In this document: positions 23,348 to 34,569 of the stretch, one piece after another
Numbering within the stretch: the stretch's first letter is position 1
How the letters are laid out: the number at the start of each line of letters is the position of its first letter
Source of the DNA: Anthoceros angustus
Lineage: Eukaryota > Plantae > Anthocerotophyta
Reading direction: 5' to 3'
DNA length: 64,000 nt
Assembly: GCA_010909165.1 (NCBI GenBank)
Contig: VJWM01000007.1
Span: 620,001-684,000 of the forward strand
The notes under the pieces: model-generated
What the model was told of the DNA's origin: nothing
Databases searched by the model: none
What the model saw: the letters and a program-made list of their open reading frames with translations, nothing else
Position numbers and translations under genes: made by a program

Positions 23348-26300
23348 CTACACTAAGGCAGGGGCGGAGCCGGTGGGTTCCGGAGGCGTGCGAAAGCCTG
23401 CGAGCTTGGGACTAGCCTCCATGTCCAGTGCCTCCATCAACTGTTCCAAGGCAGTGGAAGACTCCTCCGAGGCGGACTTGGATTTCAACCGACGCCTGGA
23501 TTTGGACTTCCGAGAGCGGTTGTCCGACGGAGGGGTTGCATCCGCAGCCCTGATTTCTCCAGCCCCTCGGTCGTCCACGTCTAACGACACCACAGCACGG
23601 GGGTCGATGAAGACCGGCGATCCTGGGGCATATCTGGGCGGCGACGTGGTCTGCACTGGTGCAGCCGGCGACGCATTGGCCTCCACTGCCGGGCTGCTGC
23701 TGGCTGGAGGCTCGGGGCTGGATTGGGGCGGAATCGCACTCCCCACCCCGATCGGCTTAGGTTGAAGAATCTGAGGAGAGATGTAGGAGCACCAGCGGCT
23801 GCGGGGCAGCACAGGCAGCAGCAGCCCCTTGACAAGCATTTTCACCCCCAGCTTCAGGGACGTGTCTTCCGTGGGCGCCAGCTTCAGCAGCTGGTTCATC
23901 AAGGCGTACCATTCGTTCACCAGCTGGGCGACGAAGCTGAGAAGGAGTAGAACCAACATGAAGATGCTTAGTCCCAAGTCGTCGTCGGCAGGACGGTCTC
24001 GGGCCAAGAGCACCAGGGAGGCGGTGAAGATGCCCAGCTCGCAGAGGACGGAAATTGTCTCCACCAGCTGCACTCCGCGGCGGACGAAGGGCTTGCATGC
24101 CACCAGGTATGCGAGCTGCAGCAGGGTGGCGGTCCACACCACCCATACCTGACTCCATGACTGCTGGCCTTGGCCGGTGTAGTACGCTCCCGAGACCACT
24201 CCCAGGAGAATCCGCCTGGCGATGTCAGCTAGCAGGTAGGCAGAGCGCAAGGAGCCCATGACTTGCTCGCCGTCGGTGATGCTTGCAGCCTCACTTTCGT
24301 CGCTTGTGTCCACGGCGCGCATTCTTCCGATTCCATTGGCGCCGCTGTAAACCCATCGTGGCGGGGCTGCACCGCTTTCCAGAGTCTTGATCTTCGGGGG
24401 CCCCTTACGGTCCTCGAACAGCAGGCCGTAGCGAGGGAGGAATGTCGGGGCCAGACCCTCTCGCCGTACCCACTTGCTAATAGCATTCTTGCCACCCACG
24501 GATCTCAGAATCTTCCCAATCAAAGGCACTGCTTTCTCACGCTCGTCGCTCCTCACCTCCTCGTATTGAACAAAGGCTCCCATGAAGATAGCCACTACCA
24601 AGAACATGCCAACTGACAAGAAGAACGATACAGGTACGGCCAATAGCAGCACTCCAACTACAATGCCCCCGGCAGATCCCCCTGCAAACCCACCCATTCC
24701 GGTCAGCATCCCCAGCACACTCATGGGTGCAACACGAGTCAGCACAGCTGCACTAGCAACCAGCCTCAAGTGCGTACCTCTGATCACAAATGCTGACGCC
24801 TGACACACGCAGGGCACGGCCAAAATGAGCAGAAATAACTCAAATCTGGGAAAGGACAAGGCTCCTCTCAGGGATGTTCTTGTCCTCCACCGCAGAAGCA
24901 CCACCAGCACCATGTGAAGCACGATCAGGGCTCCTCCAACAGTACCCAACCAAAACAAGTTCCTTCCGAATCCCCACCACCTGCGAATCACAGCAGCCCA
25001 CACGCTTATAACACTCGTAGCTCTCTCTCACTGCCAAATTTGAAATGCGCTAGCCGGCTAGCTGGCTTACCCATGGGTGGTATATCCGCTGACACTGCCC
25101 AAAACCACCACAGGACTGAGTCCGGTCAAGCTTCCGTTCTGCGCGACAGCCACCATGAGTCAAAACATAATCATTTCCGCATGAGGTTGCTGTCGGAGAT
25201 GAAGCCACTTCAACAGAAATTTGGCGTGCAGCTCACCAAGAAAAATGTTTCGTACTCCGTTGCACTAAGAGCAGGACCGTACATGGAACCATTCGCTCCA
25301 AGCCTGCGCTCCTGCCGAGAGAGGTGTCCTTCAACACCCCACTTCAGAGCCACCACATCGACAGCTTGCCTCCTTTTTCCCCTATTTCGCAACCACGCCC
25401 CATCGATGTCTATCCTTCCCACGGGCATCAACATTCTGGGAACATTGAATTGAGATATAGATGGAGTCCCTCCGACCGGCGTGATATCCTCACTATGCTT
25501 TTCTTCCCACGGAAGCCGCACATTAGGAATGGTCCACCTGAGTCCCCTGGCTGTCTCACTGTATTTGATAGGTAAACTCACTGCCAAATAGCTGGACAGC
25601 GCCAAAACCTGAACATGGCTTGCCATCCCCTGCACATACGCATGCAATCACATCTCAATGCTCCAGGAGTCCACGATAGTCGCATGCACGGCTTAACAGC
25701 AGGACAAGTTCCAAACAGATAAACGGCTTTAAACAGTGTTCAGGGTGCTCCGCCAACAATTTGCATCAGGGTACAGCTTGATCTTCGAAGTCTTTATTCA
25801 TACCAGCAAGTTTCGTGAAGGATCAGCTCCGATAGATCCTGCTGTTCTACTTGCCAGTGCACCAGCAGCAGCTAGGGTTGCCGAAGAGATTGCAAGGGTC
25901 CCAGAAGCTACTGCTGTTGCAAGTAGACCAACAGTGACGAACGATGAGAGTGCCACCGAGACTGCTGGAGTGGTATCTGCACACCAGCATAAACAAGGGG
26001 GTTGACTACGAAGTTCAGAAAAAACACATAAAAAGAGACCAGAGTGATCACACCTACAGAGCATGTAGCGACAATCCTAAAAGCAGATCCCTGTTAGGTC
26101 ACTTGAAAAGAGAAAGGTACTCACAGTGTCTCACTTGAACCATGTTCGAAGCCAAATTGGCATTGCCGGCAACATCAGCAGCTTTATTCTCTCCCACCAC
26201 AACAGAGACAACGTCATCTGCTGCCACGTATACTTGCAAGGCGTATGAGAGTTTAGATTGTTCCACAAAGCTGCAAAGCAGAGACAGCGCATCAGAAAAA

Positions 26301-27861
26301 AAAGCCAGACATTACAGAGTACTGCCTTTCAAACAAATGATGAAGGCATCAAATCCTGCACCTGCCTTGTCATCGTGCCTCCTGTGACTCCTACTCCAGA
26401 ACGGTTGAAACCAAACACAGGCTCACTGAACTGAACAAAGATAGCAACTTGTTGGTCTCTTGTCCTTGATGGAGTTTGTGTAACAAGCTTGACCGATGGT
26501 CTCACAGGATCTGCCGACAATTACAGCCACAGAGTTCAGGAAGTGCAGCCCCTTGAAGGCCTCGTGTGAAGGAACGACACTCACAATAGGTACACAAACC
26601 AAGTTTTTGTCCCCTCTCACAACACGTACCGTAGAGACAAGCCAGGGACGTTGGCTCAACAGCCAAACCTGATCTACCATAAACCGTGTTAGGAGGAAGG
26701 GCCACCGAAACCACGGATGAGCTGTGGTTGGGTTGAATCTGGAGACCCACCAAGACCGATCAGGAGTAAAATAAGCAGGAGTACCGGGAAAAGGTAGGAC
26801 AGGCTTGGAACAGACAGCAGAATTGCGCCAGTGTGCATATTCACCTTGAATGCGAACCTCCGATTGCCCTTACTTTTTCGTTTAGTTGGGAAGAGGATAG
26901 CGTGCGTCGGTAGAAGAGCACTTCCAATTTCAAAGGAACTGTTCAGGACAGGCGAACTGAAGTCAAGGTAGAGGAGAAGATCAGCTGTTGAATTGGTAGC
27001 CTCCACGGTCCTGGCTTCATTGTTGATTTGCAACTGAGCCCCAGCGATAGGAGTCCAGACATTGACCGTCACAGGATTGCGATCTGCAGGTGCAGATTAA
27101 TGGTGCTTAGTAGCAAGCACCAAGTAGAAGCTGACAAGCACACAAGGTGAGATCAACCTCGTTGTGACCCCCCCCGAAAAAACAGAAAAAAAAAAGGAGT
27201 CTCAGAGAAAGGACAGAAAGGAGACAGACCAAAGCGTACAGTGGCGTTGGAGTTTACTGTTCTTTGAAAAAGCCTTCCAGCAGAATCAACGCAGAAGGCT
27301 TTTCGCATGGCTAGTACAACTTTGCCTGTCTGATTGATTGTAGAGAGATTGACTTGCAAGGAATACTTCAATCCAGGCTCGGTTTCGTTCAAAGAGGATG
27401 GAAGAACAACTCCATCACCGTAGATCAGCAGCTAAAGCAGAAAACAGACGAGTGAGCTGAATTGGAGAGTGGGTGACTGCACTGTCAGAAGTGACATCCA
27501 AAAGACTAGACTTACATCACACGCTGCAGCGTCACTGCACTGAAAGCCAGTCTGGTTGCCAGCATCCGGTCGATAGCAGGGCTTGCTAAAAGTGACATCC
27601 ACTTGGAGGCTCTCGGCAGCAGTGAAGGGAGGCCCGGCAAAAATGGACGCCGTGGGTGCGTCATTGTCTGCAGAACCAGAGCCGTGTGAACCCAAGCAGA
27701 AGCAAGCAAAAGCAAAGCAAAAAGAAGTACTTGCATACAGCCAGGGGCTGACCTTCCTGCGCATACACCCGCGCCGGCCTAGGCAGAGGCAGCAGCAGCA
27801 GCAGACAAATGGCCAGAGCAGCCAGCGCAAGGCGTCGAGAGAGCCTCGGAGGCGAATCCAT
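23348..27861 (-). CDS. Large conserved membrane protein (At3g48200-like): signal peptide, Ig-like ectodomain and multi-TM C-terminus; multi-exon
   Basis: Signal peptide MDSPPRLSRRLALAALAICLLLLL; APTASIFAG...VDVTFSKPC; YSLQVNLST..GKVVLAM; VQFSEPVFGFNRSGVGVTGG; HVQVLALSSYLAVSLPIKY; several hydrophobic helices in ORF 23348-25003. Homolog recalled from memory. Confidence 0.8.
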
Positions 27862-28251
27862 GAGACAGAAGGCAGGATCAGGACGGCATTTGCAGCCTCT
27901 GACAGACGAGCGAGCGCGGGCCGCGCCGTAATTCAGCCAGTGCCGGCGTCATCCTGACAGCAAGCTGCGGGTCGGCGTGTCACAGGAATGCGGGAACGGG
28001 CGGGTCCTGAGCTGAGCTGAGAGGGAGCTGGGAAGGTGCAAAACACTAGGCTTGGGTGTGTGGCGTTCCATCTTCAGGCAGTGGTGGCAGGTTGATCGGC
28101 CCCGGATTGGGAGCCGAGAGCGGGGATTGCAGGCCGGGTGAGACGAAAGTCCATCCCTCCACACTCCCCGTTACAGCTCATCCTTCTAGGTGCTTTCAGC
28201 GCTGTGTCTTCCTCTTCGGGAGAAACGGAAGCGGCGTCCATAGCGGGATGC

Positions 28252-28291
<40 letters not shown>
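28252..28291. repeat. (GCA)n microsatellite, about 13 units with one GTA interruption
   Basis: Direct reading. Confidence 0.95.
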
Positions 28292-28293
<2 letters not shown>

Positions 28294-29358
28294 ACGGAGG
28301 CAGTCCGGGCCCGGTGGGAGGCAGGGCAGGGAGCGGCAGGCAGCTGCAGGACGAGTGTGGTTGGCGGGAGGGAGGCAGCGCAAGCGCGGGCATTCGTCAT
28401 AGAGGCAGGCGTCGAGCTGACCAGAGGGAGCTCATCTCAGCGAGCTGCAATGCACTGCACGGCACACAGCAAAGGGCGGGCGAAGGTGGGCGGGGGCAGA
28501 GGCGAGCTAGAGAGCCTCGGTGGGTGCCACACATGTGGGCCCTTACTGCGGCTAACGTAGCTCACTTTTAGCTAGAATAGAAGCTTCAGGTTCAAATTGG
28601 GTCCCCTGCTATGTCTTTGCACCCCTTTCTTTAGCACCTGCTTAGTTTTCATGTGTGGTCCACACTGCAGTAACTCAGTAACTCCAATCACCAATTAGCA
28701 CTTTACATTTTTATTTATTTCCAAGAAAGAGGACCGCCTTTACCCCCCTTTACCGCCTTTACAGCCTTTACCGCCTTTTCAATATAAAATTCTTGCCCTG
28801 GCCTTACGTGATGAGTTTCGCCCGTGAGCGTGTCAAGGGCATCACAAGAGTGCTAAGCATCCAACACCACCTATACTCATCGTGAATTCAGGTGAGGTCC
28901 TTGTTTTAGGTCTCTCAGTCTCGTCGTCTAATGGGTTTGTTTAAGTGGTTGATTGAGTCAGCCCTTCCACATGAGTTTAGACCAATGATTTGGTGCTCTC
29001 TGATAAATAGTTTGGTGCTTGAATGGTGAAGCAAATATCTCATGCCTCCAGGTTTTATTAGGTTGGTTCAATAGTTTTGCCTCCTACAAAGTAGCCACGG
29101 TATCAATATCGTGGATATTGCAGTGGGGGATTTTGGGCATGCTAACATTGCTTAGTAGTTGGTGTTAATTTGGAGTTTGTTTATGTGTTATTTTAAGTCG
29201 GCATAATTTGTTGGCCATCGAGTGAGTTGTTCATCTTCTCTAGTCCTCACTAGTTTGGCGTGTAGGATATTGTAAGAGTGTCTAAGCTTGCATCTCGGTT
29301 GTGTTTGGAGAGGGTGTACGATGTTGTTGGAGTGCTTGGACCTGCAGTTTAGGTGTTT

Positions 29359-29522
29359 GAGAGGAGGTACCCTCATATGGGATGAGGGCTCTCAAGAGGA
29401 AAGATCCAAGTGTTGGAGAACCCTAAGATCATCTTCTCGTATGAGAGAGGGTACCCTCATCTCATATGAGGGTTCCCAATAGGAAAGTTCCAGGTGTTGG
29501 AAAATTGTAAATATCATCTTCT
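29359..29522. repeat. Degenerate two-copy tandem repeat with a period of about 84 bp
   Basis: GGTACCCTCAT...ATGAGGG...GGAAAG...GTGTTGG...ATCATCTTCT appears twice. Confidence 0.75.
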
Positions 29523-29711
29523 AGTTGTAATTAGAGAAATCGTGTTGTATTAAGAATGATTTCTCCTATGAGCAAAAAATCGAAACTTGATTCTTCTTAT
29601 TGCGAAAAGATTTTAAATTTTTAGTTCAAGATTGGAGATGTTCATGGAATCCTATGTGTTTGCAGCTTTCATAACGGATTAGGTTTGAGGACGAGGTCTC
29701 ACGGATTCATA

Positions 29712-31039
29712 ATGATGACTTTAAATAAAAAAAATATTTTGCTATTCTATTCTATTTTTATGTTTTCCTTGGGACTTAGAGTTCAAGGAATTGGAGTGAA
29801 TTGGGGAACTCTATCATCTCATGTTCTCGATCCAGAAGACGGCATTAGGCTTATCAAAGAATATGGATTTGATAAAGTGAAGTTTTTTTCACCAGAACTC
29901 AAACTATTAGATGCTTTGACAGCTCATCAGGAACTTGAAGTGATGGTTCAATGTACCAATGGGGATTTATTCAATATATCTGCAAGTCTTGACTTTACTA
30001 AAACTTGGCTACAAAAAAATATTGTAAAGTTTACTAGTCGAGGGGCAGCAATCACGTAAGTCTTTTGATATTAAGTAACCATGTTTTTTTATTTTAAATT
30101 TATGATATTTCAAAATTTAAAATAAATTAAAAAATCTTATCTTTGATGTATGCTTAGCATATTTAGTTGTAATGTAGGTTGATTGGTATGGGCAATGAAC
30201 CATTTCTAAAGGATTACGGGGATCAGTATACTTCAGTTTTGTTGCCAGCAACTCGAAATATGTATCATGCTCTAAAAGAAACAAACCTCCATAATTCAAT
30301 CTCCCTTACTATTCCAATGAATGGAGATGTCTTATCGGGTGCTGGATCACCATCACAGGCAACTTTCCGCGAAGATGTTTCAGAGTTGATGACAGAGATT
30401 GTTCAGTACTTGTACTCAATTGATGGAGTATTTATGATCAACATATACCCTTTTTTTGACACACTCTACGATCCTAATTTTCCCCTTCCTTTTGCATTTT
30501 TTGACGGAAATGACACGACCCCTGCATATTCAAATGTGTTCACTGCAACATATGATATGCTTGTAGGTGCACTAACAAATATCAGCTTTGGCGACATGGA
30601 TATAATAGTGGGCGAAACGGGATGGCCAACAGATGGTGCTGACAATGCCAACTTAATCAATGCACAAAAATTCAACCAGGGATTTTGTGATTTTGTAAAT
30701 AGCGAAATAGGTACTCCACTACAGCCGTACAAAGCCGTGCAAGCTTTTCTATTTGGCCTGAATGATGAAGATTTAAAGTCAACTTTACCGGGTTGGTTTG
30801 AGCATTCTTGGGGATTGGCTGATCTACATGGTGATCCCAAATATCCTCTACAATGCGGCCACTTATCATCAAATAGTACACCTCCTTCTCCAGCTCGCAG
30901 TCCTCGTCCTCGTCCTCATCCCCGTCCTCTTGTACCAGCTGCTCATCATGTATCAGAAGCTGCGTTCAGTCATTACAGGTCCCCAACCCTGGCTTTGTGT
31001 TTTAGTGTTGTAGCTCTTTTTGGTCTAGTTCTCTCTTAA
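29712..31039 (+). CDS. Glucan endo-1,3-beta-glucosidase (GH17), two exons, no X8 domain, Pro-rich linker and probable GPI signal; splice phase off by 1 nt
   Basis: Signal peptide, GIGVNWGT, GNEPFL (acid/base Glu), FMINIYPF, IIVGETGWPT (nucleophile Glu), FLFGLNDEDLKS, hydrophobic C-terminus; donor at 30056 and acceptor at 30178. Confidence 0.85.
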
Positions 31040-31727
31040 TCTAAGTGTACCAAAGCATATCATGCACAAAGGCTTGTGACAAAACAAGACTACCTTCCTT
31101 ATCTTCATCAACATATATGCATTGAGGAGAGGTATGCGCATAGGTGGCTGGACATGGAGCCTGCCAGTTGCTTGCTCCCTCTGAATTGTCTTATGTTACC
31201 GATGGGCTTGGTCCATGTGTATTTATTCAATAACGTTACATGGTAGGATTAAATGGCCGGGGACAAAGAGAAGTAAGTCTGAAGGGAATAGTCTGACGAG
31301 TCGGGGGGAGAAAGCGTGGGGGTGAAAGAAGGGGAAGGGCAGGGGGCGGGACATGGTATAAAGGCAGCTTGTGACGAAGCGAGGCCCGTGCAAGGCTGGG
31401 CCTGGCGCCCTGTAAAAGGCTGTACTGCGCAGCAGCAGAGAGTGCAAGCAGGTATGTACCGGCACCTGCTCCATCACTCCCCGCCTGCCACCAGCCAGCC
31501 GGCCAGCCAGCGTCCGCTGTGTCCTGGGTGTAACGATGTGGCAATTATGGGCAGGCGCCCCCTCCCCCCTTCTGTACATACGTGAACCCAAAACGGAAAG
31601 GATCTCGGTTCTGCCATCTGACATCCCCCACCAATGGGGTTGGCACACCCTATTTCCAGCAAATCATGGGAGAGCGGGAAGTTGGAACTCGACCGCCCGA
31701 CCCCGGCCTCGGCCTCTGGCCTCGGCG

Positions 31728-32025
31728 CCTTCCCTTCCCCTCCCTTCCAAACCCTCCCTTCCCTTCCTTCCCTTCCTCCTTCCCTTCCCTCCTTCCCTCC
31801 TTTCCCTCCTTCCCTTCCTTCCTCCTCTTCCCTCCTTCCCTCCCTTCCCTCGCTCCCTCCTCTTCCTTTCCCTTCCCTCCTCTTCCCTCCTTCCCTCCTC
31901 TTCCCTCCCTTCCTCCTCTTCCCCTCCCTTCCCTCCTCTTCCCCTCCCTTCCATCCGCTTCCCCTCCTTTTCCTCCCTTCCATCCCTTCCCTCCTCTTCC
32001 CCTCCCTTCCCCTCCCTTCCCTTCC
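31728..32025. repeat. Nearly pure polypyrimidine/polypurine tract of about 300 bp
   Basis: Only a handful of purines on the + strand; CCTT/CCCT/CTT motifs. Confidence 0.95.
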
Positions 32026-32733
32026 ACTTTGGAACCTTCAACATATCCTGACCAGGTCAACACCACACACTTCGCTTTGAAAATCAGTAACAGTAACAGT
32101 CACAGTCACAGTCACCATTTGCAACTGTGCGGTAACAACTGCAGCAACACCCACGTTAATGCAGCTTGCAGCTCATCCGCCACGGTCCGCATACATTTTT
32201 GCTAACCGCCTGCCTGCCTGCAGCTGTGCAGTGCACACTCTCCCACATCCCTACAGGTGTACGTACATATAGTGCACATGAAAGGTCACTGACTTGAATC
32301 CCCACAGCCCATAAAGGCTGCATCCCACAATATCCTGCTTGAATTTGCAGGCGGGAAAGGATAAGACAAAGGAATCAAAATATGCGTGTATCAACGGTCT
32401 CTCCTACGAGTTTTGGTACACGCAAATGCATTACATAAATGACATCCAGGCCAGGTTATGGATGCTTCAACACCGCTATTGCCAAAGAATTGCCGAGCTG
32501 CCGACCTACAGTATGTGCTCCTCTTTTCATAAATGATGATGGCCTGGCTGGGTTGTGCTTCAACACCGATGCTGCAAAAGAATTACCGAGCTGCCAAACT
32601 AGTCTACTCCTCTTTTCTGCCTTTCACACCATTGTTGTCAAGATGGACGCCCTTCACCTCAGAAAGTCCGCCGGCCGACTCAAGTTGTTGCCGCTTCTGT
32701 CACATCAGACATGACCCCATTAGTCCCTTTGCT

Positions 32734-34082
32734 TTATTCGTCATCAAGTACCTGCTGGAGGTAACATGGTGACTGCTGACACGTCCATCACTGACAAACT
32801 AAAAGACCCCTTAACAAAATGAAAGTAGAAAGGTCCTGGTCCTCGAACATACCTTCTGCTTCTGATATCGGTAACCCTGCAGGAAAACAGAGATGAAACT
32901 ACCTGAGCTCATGACACAAAACCCAAAGCCCAGCCATTGCTTCTAATTGAGAAGCAAATGGGAATACACCACGCTGGAAGCTGGAGAGACACCTCACCTT
33001 GTCAGTCCCGTAGATGTAGTCACAATATGTGAAGACGGATGCAAAGTTACTCTGGCTTTTCTCCCCGATGAAGTGATGGTAGTCGTGATACTCAGCACCT
33101 CCGTAGAATGGGATGAGTTTTGTGGGATTCCATGGGAAGTCGTACCTGAACACAAGCCAGAGCCACCGGCATGGCACAGTGCAACGTGAGAAAGATGTCA
33201 ATTGCACACGTGCGCAAGCAAGGAAATCCTACGAGTCGCCATACCCGCTGTGCGTGTCGAGAGCCTCTATTTGGCGTAGACCCACCCAAAGCCAGAACGT
33301 GATCATGTGTCCGGGAGTAATTGCGGGGCCCAAAAAGGCAGGGACACCCAAAATGAGCACCTCCGCCCAGTGCGCATGGGGTGCTGCAAAGCTCATAGGT
33401 GCTGAAAACTTGTGATGGACATAGTGGATGTTCTTAAAGCCCCATTTGGAGTGCAGCCAGCGATGCAGCCAGTAGTTCCCGTAGTCCTCCACCACAAAGT
33501 AAACCCCTAGTTGAAGGAGCACCTCCCACAGGCTGGGCAGAGGGAGACCTGCCCGAATACCAACGAGCTGCACTGCAGCACAAGGAGAAATTACAACAAG
33601 AAGGCGCTGGGCAACCCACCTCCGACACAGGGAGTTGCAGAGGCTCTTCCAGCGCTTGCACAGTGCTGATTGCACACTACCTGTGACTGTTCGCCAAGCA
33701 GGACAACAATGCAGCAAAGCGAAAAAAAAAACGAGTTAGAGCTTCCGGCTACCTTGATCAGCGGGTAAGACGAGAGCTGCAAGGGCCCCACGACCGTGAT
33801 GAATACTCTCATCACGTTCTTCCAGCACTCCAAAACCTCCCGCAATGAGGTGTGCACTCCTGGCTGAATCTTGTACCTCTCAAAGGCCTGGATCTTGAGC
33901 GCATCCAGCAAGACCATGGGCACCGGGACCAAATTGAAAATAAGGAAGAGGAAGAGGATGTTGCAAAAATACAGGTAACAATCTGGCACATCAGCGGTAT
34001 ACTTCAGCCATATCGCTTCCGCAGAAGTGAGATCTCGACCCAGAGCCTCCCCGGCCGCTTGGGCGGAGCAATACGGGAGCAT
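32734..34082 (-). CDS. SMO1: Sterol 4-alpha-methyl oxidase 1 (methylsterol monooxygenase), multi-exon
   Basis: [20 protein letters not shown]-terminus typical of SMO1; His boxes HRWLH, HYVHH, YHDYHH; HSGY/DFPW; GYRYQK exon at about 32854-32877. Confidence 0.93.
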
Positions 34083-34569
34083 CTCGCTCACTCAAGGCGC
34101 TGCCTCCAGACAACAATGTCACCAACCTGCCCCTTCCCCTGCTCCTCCTACTGCATGGAACTTCAGGGAAGACACCTGTGAAAATTCCTTGAGGGATGTA
34201 TGAGAGTTATACTACTCTGCAAATCTGCTTGCTAAATCAGCCCTCTAGAATAATAGGGTTCCTCCTGCAATTGGCGGTTACACGTGTCTGGGTAGAAGGA
34301 GGGAACGAAGACACTTTGAGAGCTGTTACACTGTTACACTAGTGCTGTCGCATTTACTTGTGCGGTGTCGTGGAATCGCCAGCGGAAGCCCTCTGAATCG
34401 GCCAGCGACTTCGAACAAGTCACTGAGGAGAGATGCGATTCCCCAACTCCTCTAGCCTCTGATGGCCACTGGCGCTTTCCAATCCTGTCGTTTGTGACAT
34501 TGGTTTTTACATCAACGCCCAAGAACAATCGACATACCTATATAGACTACATGGATCAGGTTCTGGGGA

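Noticed and set aside
31474-32205. Several 120-200-aa Pro-rich or Gly/Glu/Arg-rich ORFs
   Set aside because: Translations of the polypyrimidine tract, which lacks stop codons.
28663-32233. CACTG...CAGTG ends plus oppositely oriented GCCTTTA motifs, suggesting a Pack-CACTA carrying the GH17 gene
   Set aside because: Only 7 bp of inverted match, and the flanking trinucleotides differ (CCA versus CAC), so there is no TSD.
32241-32272. snRNA USE-like motif TCCCACATC near a TATA-like sequence
   Set aside because: Spacing is too short for a Pol II or Pol III snRNA promoter and no snRNA body follows.
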